From: Candidatus Methanophagaceae archaeon
GTDB taxonomy: Archaea > Halobacteriota > Syntropharchaeia > Alkanophagales > Methanospirareceae
Direction of reading: 5' to 3'
Length of the DNA stretch: 32,000 bases
NCBI GenBank assembly: GCA_003194425.1
Contig: PQXB01000001.1
Span: 220,444-252,443, forward strand
Part shown: piece after piece, positions 23,528-31,280 of the stretch
Layout of the letters: every line of letters begins with the position of its first letter
How positions within the stretch are numbered: position 1 is the first letter of the stretch
Made by a program: the position numbers and the translations under genes
Notes under the pieces: model-generated
What the model was told of the DNA's origin: nothing
The model's database searches: none
The model's input: the letters and a program-made list of their open reading frames with translations, nothing else

Positions 23528-24103
23528 TTAAAAGTTTGTTCTTAAAAGTTTGTTCTTCTCCTTCCGCTCCACCTTCACCTCCTCCACCCGAGTGTGCGGG
23601 TAATTCCCTGTCTCGTCCTTCTCCTCCTGCTTTACCATATCCCAAACCGTGAGCAACGCCACACTCACGCCGTGCAGCGCCTCCATTTCTACGCCCGTCT
23701 TTCCAACCGACTTCACCGTTACCACCGCCCTCACTTCCCGCTCCTCCCCCTGCTCTCCCTGCTCCCCCTCCTCCTCGCCCACCGAAAATTCAACCTTCAC
23801 CGCCTCAATATTTATCGGGTGGCAGAGCGGAATCACACTCGGCGTTTTTTTCACCGCCAACACCGCCGCCGTCTCTGCACTCCCAAGCACATTTCCCTTC
23901 TCTACACGCCCGCTTTTAATCTTTTCGAGAGTGCTGCCCTTCAATTTTATCCTGCCCGAGGCTACTGCTACTCGCTCAACCTCTTCTTTCCCGCTAATGT
24001 CCACCATTCTACTGCTGCTGCTACTGCTACTGCTGCTACTGCTACTGCTACTACCACCGCCACCGCCTCCGCCACTGCTCGCACCTTGACCTTGCCGATT
24101 CAT
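23528..24103 (-). CDS. moaC: cyclic pyranopterin monophosphate synthase accessory protein MoaC
   Basis: MVDISGKEEVERVAVASG...KGNVLGSAETAAVLAVKKT..IPLCHP...KTGVEMEALHGVSVALLTVWDM. The real start may be ATG 24007, which would exclude the poly-Gly/Ser extension. Confidence 0.85.
   Translation of the reverse strand: MNRQGQGASSGGGGGGGSSSSSSSSSSSSSSRMVDISGKEEVERVAVASGRIKLKGSTLEKIKSGRVEKGNVLGSAETAAVLAVKKTPSVIPLCHPINIEAVKVEFSVGEEEGEQGEQGEEREVRAVVTVKSVGKTGVEMEALHGVSVALLTVWDMVKQEEKDETGNYPHTRVEEVKVERKEKNKLLRTNF
24011..24073. repeat. Trinucleotide repeat tract (gct/act, then acc/gcc)
   Basis: Encodes G7-S14 on the minus strand if translated. Confidence 0.9.
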
Positions 24104-24130
24104 CGTCGTTAAACTTGACCTTACGCCGGC

Positions 24131-24346
24131 CTACACCGGCCAAACCCCAAAATAAATCTCCAGCCCCAAGATCACCACGCCAATAAACACGCCCACGAGC
24201 AGAACGGTCTTCGGCGACAACCTGACAGCAGACTCCTCAACATCGTAATATCGCATTAACCCTGCAGAGGACATTAGCCCACGCTCTTCGGATTTTCCGC
24301 CCTTCCCTCCTTTCTTCGCCTTCTTCGCCGCTTTTCCTTTCGCCAT
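24131..24346 (-). CDS. secG: protein translocase subunit Sec61-beta (archaeal SecG)
   Basis: 71 aa with a basic N-terminus, SSAGLMRYYD and a single C-terminal TM helix. Confidence 0.75.
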   Translation of the reverse strand: MAKGKAAKKAKKGGKGGKSEERGLMSSAGLMRYYDVEESAVRLSPKTVLLVGVFIGVVILGLEIYFGVWPV

Positions 24347-24430
24347 ATTTCTCTCTCTATTTTACCTTCTAATAAAAAATAAACTGAAAGGAAACTGAAA
24401 GGAGATGAAAGGAAACTGAAAGGAGAAAAA

Positions 24431-25276
24431 ATGGGAATAAGTTGGCAGGCGATTTATGTGCTGTGGCTCAGGGAGATGAAAGGAATGTGGAGGGCAAAGA
24501 GCAGAGTGGTCGGTGCGTTAGGAATGCCGATTTTCTTCCTCGCGTTCCTGGGCTTGGGGTTTGGGCAGGCGTCGATTCCGGGAATTCCCGCGGGAGTGAG
24601 TTATGTTGAGTTTCTAACGCCTGGGATAATTGGAATGACGATGCTCTTCAGTTCGATGTTCGCGGGAATCTCCGTTCTCTGGGACAAGGAGTTCGGGTTT
24701 CTCAAGGAGGTGATGGTAGCGCCGGTCTCGAGGCTCTCAATCGTGCTTGGAAGAGTAGCAGGCGGCTCCACCGTTTCAGTGCTGCAGGGCTGTTTAATCT
24801 TGACGCTGAGCAGTTTGATGATGGGGTTTAGAGTTCGGGGGAGTGCTGGAGGGGTGGCGCCCGTTCCCGTTAGCCTTCTGCTCGCGTTGATTTTTATGTG
24901 CTTAATTTCGGTTACTTTTATCGGGCTGGGCTTGATTTTCGCTTCGCGGATGCGGGATATGCAAGGCTTCTCATTGGTGGTGAATTTCGTGATGTTCCCG
25001 ATTTTCCTGCTCTCTGGTGCGTTGTTCCCTGTGGAGACGCTGCCTGCTTGGCTCGTTCCTCTCTGTTACGCAAATCCGCTGACTTACGGCGTTGACGGTT
25101 TGAGGGGCGTTCTGCTCGGCGGGCTCGGTGGGCTCGGTGGGCTCGGCGGGGCGGGAGCAGGGGTAGGAGTGGCGGAATTTCCTGTGCTGCTCGATCTTTT
25201 GCTGACCGCTGCAAGTTCGGTTGGAATGGTGAGCGTGGGCTCGTATTTGTTTGAGAGCACCGAGGTGGAGCGGTGA
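24431..25276 (+). CDS. ABC-2 type transporter permease
   Basis: REMKGMWRAKSRVVGALGMPIFFLAFLG, six hydrophobic segments, PLTYGVDGLRG. No adjacent ATPase gene. Confidence 0.65.
   Translation: MGISWQAIYVLWLREMKGMWRAKSRVVGALGMPIFFLAFLGLGFGQASIPGIPAGVSYVEFLTPGIIGMTMLFSSMFAGISVLWDKEFGFLKEVMVAPVSRLSIVLGRVAGGSTVSVLQGCLILTLSSLMMGFRVRGSAGGVAPVPVSLLLALIFMCLISVTFIGLGLIFASRMRDMQGFSLVVNFVMFPIFLLSGALFPVETLPAWLVPLCYANPLTYGVDGLRGVLLGGLGGLGGLGGAGAGVGVAEFPVLLDLLLTAASSVGMVSVGSYLFESTEVER
25113..25148. repeat. 9-bp tandem repeat x about 4 (ggctcggtg)
   Basis: Encodes GLGGLGGLGG. Confidence 0.85.
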
Positions 25277-26415
25277 GGAGGCGGTGTTTTGCAACCGAGA
25301 TTATCGCAATTCTGCTTATCGCAATTCTGCTGGCGGTAAAGATTTTCTCATTTCTTTTAGCCACTCTCTCGTGGGCGGTTTTTAAGGGGCAGCCTGCGGA
25401 CATTATTTTTCTTTGGAACCGCTGGGACGCCCCGCATTATGTGGAAATCGCAAAGAACGGCTACACAGCAGTCGGAGAAGCGAGGTATTTTATCGTTTTT
25501 ATGCCCCTCTTCCCGTTTCTGATAAAGGTCGTAGCGGTCTTCGTCAGGAACTACGAGGTCGCTGCACTGCTAATCTCAAACTCCGCGTCAGTCCTCGCAG
25601 CTCTCTACCTTTACCGACTCGCAAGACTCGACTACCCTCACGGCACGGCACTGAAGAGCGTTTTTTATTTCTGCATCTTTCCCACCTCCTACTTCTTAAT
25701 CGCAGGCTACACCGAGAGTCTGTTTTTGTTGTTGACGATTGCCTGCTTTTACTACGCGAGGCGAGGGAAGTGGTTCTCGGCGGGCGTGTTGGGAATGCTT
25801 GCGTCCGCCACAAGAATCACGGGGCTTGTCCTAATTCCTGCGTTGTTCTTTGAACTTTTCTCGCAAACGCAAAATGCGGAGACGCAAAATGCGGAGACCA
25901 AGACCAGGAAGAGCGTCCTTCACGCTCTTTCAGTCTGCTGCCTAATTGGGCTGGGTTTTGTCTCTTACCTCGTCCTGAATTATGCGGTCTTTGGCGACGC
26001 GTTTGCGTTCCTCGCAGTGCAGCAGGAGCACTGGTCGAAGCACCTCGCACCGCCTTGGGAGGGGCTGTTGGGGGCGTTGAGTAGCGTTTTTTGGCGAGAC
26101 GCTGCGGGAAAAGTGCTTGTCGGCGGTGCAGAACTCGTCTTCGGCTTGCTTGGCTTGGCGTGCATTCTTTACGCAGTCGCTGCGAGGCTACGCCCCTCTT
26201 ACACAATTTACACGCTTCTCACCTGGCTCGTGGTGACTTCGACCAGTTTTTGGCTGAGCGTTCCGCGTTACACGCTCTCTCTGTTCCCGATTTTCATCCT
26301 GCTCGCTGTTCTTGGGGAGAAGCGGGAGGAGTTGCATTACGCGATGACCGTAGGTTTTCTGCTCTTTTTTGGCTTCTTCCTCGTTCTTTTCACGCAGGGA
26401 CAGTGGGCGTTTTGA
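25273..26415 (+). CDS. GT-C type integral-membrane glycosyl(mannosyl)transferase, PIG-V/DUF2029-like
   Basis: WNRWDAPHYVEIAKNGY...FMPLFPFL...AGYTESLFL and many TM segments. The GTG start overlaps the permease stop (GTGA). Confidence 0.5.
   Translation: MRRRCFATEIIAILLIAILLAVKIFSFLLATLSWAVFKGQPADIIFLWNRWDAPHYVEIAKNGYTAVGEARYFIVFMPLFPFLIKVVAVFVRNYEVAALLISNSASVLAALYLYRLARLDYPHGTALKSVFYFCIFPTSYFLIAGYTESLFLLLTIACFYYARRGKWFSAGVLGMLASATRITGLVLIPALFFELFSQTQNAETQNAETKTRKSVLHALSVCCLIGLGFVSYLVLNYAVFGDAFAFLAVQQEHWSKHLAPPWEGLLGALSSVFWRDAAGKVLVGGAELVFGLLGLACILYAVAARLRPSYTIYTLLTWLVVTSTSFWLSVPRYTLSLFPIFILLAVLGEKREELHYAMTVGFLLFFGFFLVLFTQGQWAF
25301..25330. repeat. 15-bp perfect tandem duplication (ttatcgcaattctgc x2)
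   Basis: Encodes IIAILLIAILL in the first hydrophobic segment. Confidence 0.9.
25867..25896. repeat. 15-bp perfect tandem duplication (acgcaaaatgcggag x2)
   Basis: Encodes TQNAETQNAE in a loop. Confidence 0.9.
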
Positions 26416-26440
26416 CTTCTCAAACCCTTAAAACTAACCC

Positions 26441-27421
26441 CTAGGTCTCCTCCTCTCTCCTGCCGATTTTCTTGGTTGACTCTGCGTAGTCCCACTTGTA
26501 AGGTATTTTGTTGAGGTGGAAGAGGAGGAACGCGAGAGCCTTTGCAGAGCCCTCAAGAAAAATCGCAGCCACAAAAAAGTGCACCTTTTTCAATTTTATC
26601 ATTTTTTTCAGAGCTCGCAGAACCTCGCGTGTTTTTACGGTCTGCGGGACGTAGCCGCCGGTCAAGCGAGCGATTTGGTAGTGCCCGATGTGAATTCTCA
26701 CGCGTTGTCGCATAAAATCCCGCAGCGTATCAGGACCTTTCATTTGCGAGACCGCGTTCAACGCCTGTTCAATTTTGTAGCCCTGCTCCTTTATCTTTGC
26801 CTCTACAAAAAGGTCGTCGTTCACGACCTGCCGCGGAATCTCACGCACCAAACTCGGCTTAATCGCGTAAAACTCGCCGGTCAACTTCACACCACCCTCG
26901 CCGGTCAGCGACAGAGCGTAGTGCAGGTCCCAAATAAGGTGCGAGACGAATCCAAAGAGCGTGGCTCGGTCGTTGACAGGAGTTGGACGACTGCTAACTG
27001 CTCCTACTTTCGCTTCTTCTCCTCCTTCTTTTCCTTCTCCTTTTTTTTGTGCCAACAGCGGTTTTACGAGGTTGCTAACTGCTCCCGTTTCGGGTAGGTT
27101 ATCCGCGGAGAGCATTACCAAAACATCCTTCCCCCGCGCCGCCCTCAAAATCAAATTCACCGCAGAACTCTTCCCTCGCCTCTCTGGCTCCGAAATGTGC
27201 CTCACCCTCCTCTCTCTCCCTGCCCTCGCCCTCGCTGCGAACTCTGCCACGATTTCGTCCGTCCTGTCGGTGCAGCCACTCGTGACAACAATTATCTCGT
27301 CCAACCGCGCTGCTCCTTCTAACGAGGCTAACGGCTGATTCAGCAGGTTTTCAAGCAGCCTGCCGATGTTTGCCTCCTCGTTGTGTGCTGCGATTCCAAT
27401 TCCCACCGTCGCCTCTTTCAT
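26441..27421 (-). CDS. family 2 glycosyltransferase
   Basis: GIGIAAHNEEANIGRLLENLL...IIVVTSGCTDRTDEI...GKSSAVN...VMLSADN. ATG at 27421 is preferred over TTG at 27424. Confidence 0.7.
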   Translation of the reverse strand: MKEATVGIGIAAHNEEANIGRLLENLLNQPLASLEGAARLDEIIVVTSGCTDRTDEIVAEFAARARAGRERRVRHISEPERRGKSSAVNLILRAARGKDVLVMLSADNLPETGAVSNLVKPLLAQKKGEGKEGGEEAKVGAVSSRPTPVNDRATLFGFVSHLIWDLHYALSLTGEGGVKLTGEFYAIKPSLVREIPRQVVNDDLFVEAKIKEQGYKIEQALNAVSQMKGPDTLRDFMRQRVRIHIGHYQIARLTGGYVPQTVKTREVLRALKKMIKLKKVHFFVAAIFLEGSAKALAFLLFHLNKIPYKWDYAESTKKIGRREEET

Positions 27422-27430
27422 CAAACACTC

Positions 27431-27490
27431 CTCCTCTTTCTGCTCCTCTTTCTGCTCCTCTTTCTGCTCCTCTTTCTGCTCCTCTTCTTC
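27431..27490. repeat. 12-bp tandem repeat, 4 perfect copies plus 1 variant (ctcctctttctg)
   Basis: Intergenic, directly upstream of the GT2 start. It is followed by ttctcaca(c)tttt x2. Confidence 0.9.
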
Positions 27491-27521
27491 TCACTCTTTT
27501 TCTCACACTTTTTCTCACACC

Positions 27522-27530
27522 TTTATATAG
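27522..27530 (+). promoter_or_regulatory. TATA box (tttatatag)
   Basis: About 110 nt upstream of ATG 27638, with the same ...tatagaag context as 6662-6675. Confidence 0.3.
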
Positions 27531-27615
27531 AAGCAGCGTTATTGTTTTAATGTCCCTGCTTCCTCGCTCTACTGATAAAAGGGAAAAGGAGGGGGGAGAA
27601 AAGGGGCAGAAAAAA

Positions 27616-27640
27616 ATTAGGAGGTGAAAACGAAAAAATG
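27616..27640 (+). promoter_or_regulatory. Initiation region attaggaggtgaaaacgaaaaaATG, identical to 6853-6877
   Basis: 25 of 25 nt identity, read directly from the sequence. Confidence 0.6.
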
Positions 27641-28219
27641 GATAAAAAAATAGCCGTCGCGGGAATAGCCGCAATCGCGGTCGTTGTAGTAACTCTGCTC
27701 GTCGCTCAGCCAATAATGTCGCAAGAAGAGACCGTCTCGCCGGAGATTGACGATGCGAGGATAACTGCCGTTCTCGATGAAATATTAGCAGGGCAGCAGG
27801 GCGGAGAAGTGAGCCCTTCGCTGAATGGTCTTGACAACGGACAAGCGTCCAGCACCAGCACCGACACAGCAACAGCGAACCCTTGGGTCTCCAATGTCTC
27901 TTACAGCACAGCGGTCACAAAAGTGAAGGAAAGCCGTTCTGGAAGCGAAAATATGTACTGGATGAATTACAGGCCAACCAAAGCAAACAAGCAACTGGAC
28001 TTCATAATTTTGTACATGGGAAAAGGGAAATCGGTAATAGATTACGAGTGGCAGCATTTTGACTTCACCAAACTCTACCCAAGCGGATACAGCGGAGGTA
28101 CATCGACACCCTTTGGTGTAACCTACTGGGGTGGCGACCCCATAATTGGACCAGCGTATCTTGTCGTGTTTGCTGACGGCGCCTACCAAGGCTACTACGC
28201 CTTCGAAGTAGTGAAGTAA
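27638..28219 (+). CDS. secreted or membrane-anchored protein of unknown function
   Basis: N-terminal hydrophobic anchor (IAVAGIAAIAVVVVTLLVA), an S/T-rich linker and an aromatic-rich C-terminal domain. No family recognised. Confidence 0.5.
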   Translation: MDKKIAVAGIAAIAVVVVTLLVAQPIMSQEETVSPEIDDARITAVLDEILAGQQGGEVSPSLNGLDNGQASSTSTDTATANPWVSNVSYSTAVTKVKESRSGSENMYWMNYRPTKANKQLDFIILYMGKGKSVIDYEWQHFDFTKLYPSGYSGGTSTPFGVTYWGGDPIIGPAYLVVFADGAYQGYYAFEVVK

Positions 28220-28261
28220 GACTAACAGAACCGCGACGGTTTTGTAAAGGACTAAAAAAAT

Positions 28262-28287
28262 AGGGGGTTTTTCTTTTTTATCCCCCT
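28262..28287 (+). terminator. Hairpin AGGGGG-(T-rich loop)-CCCCCT followed by T-rich repeats
   Basis: 6-bp stem at 28262-28267/28282-28287; cgtttatttt x2 follows. Confidence 0.35.
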
Positions 28288-28320
28288 CGTTTATTTTCGT
28301 TTATTTTTCTATTTTTAAAC

Positions 28321-28348
28321 CAACCGTTACAAAACAACCGTTACAAAA
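28321..28348. repeat. 14-bp perfect tandem duplication (caaccgttacaaaa x2)
   Basis: Read directly from the sequence, just 3' of tRNA-Glu. Confidence 0.9.
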
Positions 28349-28356
28349 GCAGACGA

Positions 28357-28431
28357 TGCTCCGGTCGGGATTTGAACCCGAGTCCTCGGCTCGAAAGGCC
28401 GAAATGATTGGCCGAGCTACACTACCGGAGC
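28357..28431 (-). tRNA. tRNA-Glu (anticodon UUC)
   Basis: Acceptor GCTCCGG/CCGGAGC, anticodon stem TCGGC/GCCGA with loop CTTTCGA, T-arm TCGGGTTCAAATCCCGA. Confidence 0.8.
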
Positions 28432-28540
28432 AAAACAAAACTTTTAAGAACAAACTTAAAAAAAAGTCTGATCAAAATGCTTCGCGGTTGTTTCTTTACT
28501 AAATTTCCTTTCCAAAGAAAAGTTTCTTTTTAAGAAAAAT

Positions 28541-28894
28541 TTAGCCGAAGAGCGAAGCAAGTCCTTCCATCCCTGTCTCTTCTCCTTTTTCTTCCTCCTC
28601 CTCTTCCTTCTTCTCCTCTTTCTTCTCCGCCTTCGCCTCTTCCGTCGTCGCTGCTGGTGCTTGTGCCTGCGGTGCCTGCGCAGGAGAGGGGATTGCCGTA
28701 GCCGCAGCGTAAGCAGGCGACTGGGCTTGTGCCATCGCCTCGTCAATGTTGACTCCGTCGAGCGCCGAAATCAGTGCCTTTACTCTCCCCTTCTCTGTTT
28801 CTATCCCCGCAGCGTCCATCACCGCTGTTATCCCGTCCTCTGTAATCTCCTTGCCCGAGTTGTGCAAGAGCAATGCAGCATAGATATATTCCAT
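28541..28894 (-). CDS. rpl12: 50S ribosomal stalk protein P1 (L12e)
   Basis: [19 protein letters not shown]..., an Ala/Pro hinge and an acidic tail ending GLASLFG. Confidence 0.9.
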   Translation of the reverse strand: MEYIYAALLLHNSGKEITEDGITAVMDAAGIETEKGRVKALISALDGVNIDEAMAQAQSPAYAAATAIPSPAQAPQAQAPAATTEEAKAEKKEEKKEEEEEEKGEETGMEGLASLFG

Positions 28895-29011
28895 CTTCGT
28901 TCTGCCTCCTTTTTTTCGCTTTACTTTTGTTTTGCTTTCTTTTATTTTTGTTGTTTAAATAGTTAAAGAATTTCCTGCTGCGTTCCGTCGCACTTCGCTG
29001 TTCTACTTACC

Positions 29012-30376
29012 CTACACTGCGCCCTCTGCCTCTGCCTCTACCTCTGCCTCTGCCTCTACCTCTGCCTCTGCCTCTACCTCTGCTCCTGCCTCTGCGCCTG
29101 CCCCTGCTCCACGCCACTGCTCCTGAGCCTGCGTAGCGAAATTCGCCAACGCCTTCTTAAGCGCGCTCAAGCCCGAACTGCGAAGGAAAAAGCAGGGCTT
29201 GTTCCGCAGTTTGCACGCCTCCTTGACCAGCCTGCAGGCGTTGTGGCTGTTTATGTCAATCGGGCAGAAGACGACATCAATTTTTTCCACGAGATTCTCA
29301 ATCCCCCTCCTCCCCCGCTCGCAGTGCCCGCAGTGGTAGCAGAAGGCGCAGCCGAAAGATTGTGCGACCTCCTCGTAGCACGACTCAAGCGACTCCACTC
29401 CGCCGACGTAAGCCACTCGCGTGTCTTTGAGATTGAGATTAAGATTGAAATTCGGCGCAACTTTACACTCGTTCACTGCCGCCGCGGGCGCCGCTGTTGG
29501 CGCGGGTTCTGAAGCGAAGATTTTTACCAACTCCGCGTTCTCCTTGTTCAGCCGCTTCATTTCTTCTCTCAACGCCTGAATCTCTGTTCTCATCGCCCCA
29601 ACCCGTTCAACCTGCTCAAAGACCGCTTCCCCGCCCAACTTCGCCACCTTCCTCCGCAACTCCTCGCTCTCCCGCCTCTGCTCCGCCAACTCCTGAACGA
29701 GCCTGCTCTTCTCCGCTCTAACCGCCTCTCGCTCGGAAATTAGCTCTTCCCTCTTCTGCTCCAGCCGTTTAAAATTGCGTTGCAGTTTTTCGTTTGTTTC
29801 TAAAGCCGTTCTCAGCTCCTCAACCACATTTTCCACCTTCTTTCCTCCTGGCAGCCTGCGAGAGAGTTCGTCGTAAAACCGCAGAGCCTGCTGCTCTTTT
29901 AGAGAGACCGCAGAGGAGAGCCTCGTCGCGATTTCGTTGCTCTTGTTGCTTTGCTCTTTGCCGTTTCCGTTGCGTGCCGCGTTGCGTGCCGCGTTGCGTG
30001 CCGCGAACCAGAGCAGAGCGGAGAGAGGAACTGCTCTAAACCCGTTTGCCCCGTTTTCCGTTTCAATAAACTCGCAAATTTCTTCGGGGTCTGCCCACCC
30101 GACTTCCTTCTTGTAGGGGGCGAACTTCTTTTCAAGCAGTTTTTCCACTCGCTTGGCGTGCTGGCTCGGCGTCCTGCAGACCTGCGCCAAATTCTGCTGC
30201 ATTTCAAGTGCCGTTAAAAACTGCGTGCTGCTGCTACTGCTCCTGCTGCCACCGCCGTTGCTAAGTTTCAACTCTTTAAAGACACGCTTCAGTCCTGCTT
30301 CGTCAAAGCTCAAGCCCAGGATTTTAGAGGACATAAAAGACGGGAACTCCCAAATCCTCTTTCTCTTTGCGTTCAT
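29012..30376 (-). CDS. DUF2325-domain protein with a central coiled coil and a Cys-rich motif
   Basis: C-terminus: RVAYVGG...CAFCYHCGHCE...IDVVFCPIDINSHNACRLVKEACK..KPCFFLRSSGLSAL (DUF2325 pattern). Residues of about 185-285 are heptad-like and E/R/K-rich. The gene holds several tandem-repeat inserts. Confidence 0.6.
   Translation of the reverse strand: MNAKRKRIWEFPSFMSSKILGLSFDEAGLKRVFKELKLSNGGGSRSSSSSTQFLTALEMQQNLAQVCRTPSQHAKRVEKLLEKKFAPYKKEVGWADPEEICEFIETENGANGFRAVPLSALLWFAARNAARNAARNGNGKEQSNKSNEIATRLSSAVSLKEQQALRFYDELSRRLPGGKKVENVVEELRTALETNEKLQRNFKRLEQKREELISEREAVRAEKSRLVQELAEQRRESEELRRKVAKLGGEAVFEQVERVGAMRTEIQALREEMKRLNKENAELVKIFASEPAPTAAPAAAVNECKVAPNFNLNLNLKDTRVAYVGGVESLESCYEEVAQSFGCAFCYHCGHCERGRRGIENLVEKIDVVFCPIDINSHNACRLVKEACKLRNKPCFFLRSSGLSALKKALANFATQAQEQWRGAGAGAEAGAEVEAEAEVEAEAEVEAEAEGAV
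29028..29081. repeat. 18-bp tandem repeat x3 perfect (gcctctgcctctacctct) with degenerate flanks (29023-29110)
   Basis: Encodes AEVEAEAEVEAEAEVEAE at the C-terminus. Confidence 0.9.
29429..29452. repeat. hexamer repeat x4 (gagatt/aagatt/gaaatt)
   Basis: Encodes NFNLNLNL. Confidence 0.8.
29969..30004. repeat. 12-bp tandem repeat x3 perfect (gttgcgtgccgc)
   Basis: Encodes AARNAARNAARN. Confidence 0.9.
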
Positions 30377-30394
30377 TTTCAGTAACCCCCCTAC

Positions 30395-30556
30395 TTACGA
30401 GGCTTGGTAAAGCTGGCAGCCCTCGAGGAACCACGAGCCTAACTCTTCTTTTATCCGCCCAATCCTTTCGTCCAAGCCGTCCAAGTCTTCCAACTCGTCC
30501 AAGTCCTCGATCTTTCTCAACTCCTTCAACAATTTCGTTATTTCCATTTCGTTCAT
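30395..30556 (-). CDS. small acidic helical protein (53 aa), hypothetical
   Basis: Not in the track because it is under 60 aa. Hand translation: MNEMEITKLLKELRKIEDLDELEDLDGLDERIGRIKEELGSWFLEGCQLYQAS. GGAG lies 9 nt upstream of the ATG, and the stop is 18 nt before the DUF2325 start. Confidence 0.35.
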   Translation of the reverse strand: MNEMEITKLLKELRKIEDLDELEDLDGLDERIGRIKEELGSWFLEGCQLYQAS

Positions 30557-30581
30557 TCGCTTACTCTCCTTCTTTATTTGT

Positions 30582-30597
30582 TTTAGGTTTTCCTAAA
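30582..30597. promoter_or_regulatory. Palindrome TTTAGG-TTTT-CCTAAA downstream of tandem TATA-like boxes; candidate DtxR-family operator
   Basis: Perfect 6+4+6 palindrome containing the TTAGG/CCTAA half-sites of the DtxR consensus. On the minus strand, ttttatatg x2 lies immediately upstream. Confidence 0.35.
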
Positions 30598-30695
30598 TAC
30601 ATATAAAAACACATATAAAATAAGAAAATTAGGCACACAAATAGCAACCCCTAAAAATCTTTGGTCTGTTAAAGCAAGCCCAAATAAGTTCGGTT

Positions 30696-31184
30696 TTAGT
30701 GAGAGAACCGAAGCCCTTTCCCTTTTTTTTCCCGCCGCCGCTCTCCAGGTTTGCAGGAATGCACCCCAGTCGCGCAGAAAATCTCAAAATGCTTCAGCCA
30801 CTGTGGATAATCTGGCGCCGACTGCACAAACCTTACCAAATTCTTTATCTGCTCAATCGTCTTCGCTTCCAACTCGTGCTCAATTATGCAGGCGTCTTTG
30901 TCCGCCGTCTCCTTCGGCACATTGATAATTTCCAGAAACGCCCTTATAATTTCGTGCCGGTCCCTCACAATTTCTGCTATTTCTTTTCCCTTTGGTGTTA
31001 AGGTAACGCCGTCGTACTTGCGATAAATAACGAGACTCTTGTCGTCCAGTTTCTTTGCCATTTCTACAGCGCTCGCAGGCGTAACGCTCAAAGCTCGTGC
31101 AATGTCCCTTATCCTCGCGTAGCCCTTCTGCTCCGAGATGTTCAGAATCGCCTCGAGGTAGTCCTCCGCTTTTCTTGTCAGCAT
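30696..31184 (-). CDS. DtxR/MntR-family metal-dependent transcriptional repressor
   Basis: AEDYLEAIL...GYARIRDIARALSVTPASAVEMAKKLD...LTPKGKEIAEIVRDRHEIIRAFL...DACIIEHEL. Confidence 0.8.
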   Translation of the reverse strand: MLTRKAEDYLEAILNISEQKGYARIRDIARALSVTPASAVEMAKKLDDKSLVIYRKYDGVTLTPKGKEIAEIVRDRHEIIRAFLEIINVPKETADKDACIIEHELEAKTIEQIKNLVRFVQSAPDYPQWLKHFEIFCATGVHSCKPGERRREKKGKGLRFSH

Positions 31185-31185
31185 A

Positions 31186-31210
31186 CCTAATATTGTTAGG
31201 GTAGCCCTTA
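31186..31210. promoter_or_regulatory. Overlapping palindromes CCTAA-tattg-TTAGG and TTAGGGTAGCCCTTA next to the repressor start; candidate auto-operator
   Basis: Read directly from the sequence. It sits between tttaaata (31209-31216, minus-strand TATA) and ATG 31184. Confidence 0.35.
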
Positions 31211-31262
31211 TTTAAATTTTCAATTTGAACTTCAAAGATTGTTACCGCTTTGACTTAGAATT

Positions 31263-31280
31263 ATTGTCGAAAACGACAAT
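31263..31280. promoter_or_regulatory. Palindrome ATTGTCG-AAAA-CGACAAT upstream of the PQQ-repeat gene
   Basis: Perfect 7+4+7 palindrome, extendable to about 12-bp arms with 2 mismatches. A further palindrome, TTTGAA-c-TTCAAA, lies at 31224-31236. Confidence 0.3.

Noticed and set aside
28556-28640. Acidic low-complexity tail of P1 ([15 protein letters not shown]) as a tandem-repeat insert
   Set aside because: A charged, Ala/Pro-hinged C-terminal tail ending in GLxxLFG is the normal, conserved architecture of archaeal and eukaryotic stalk proteins.
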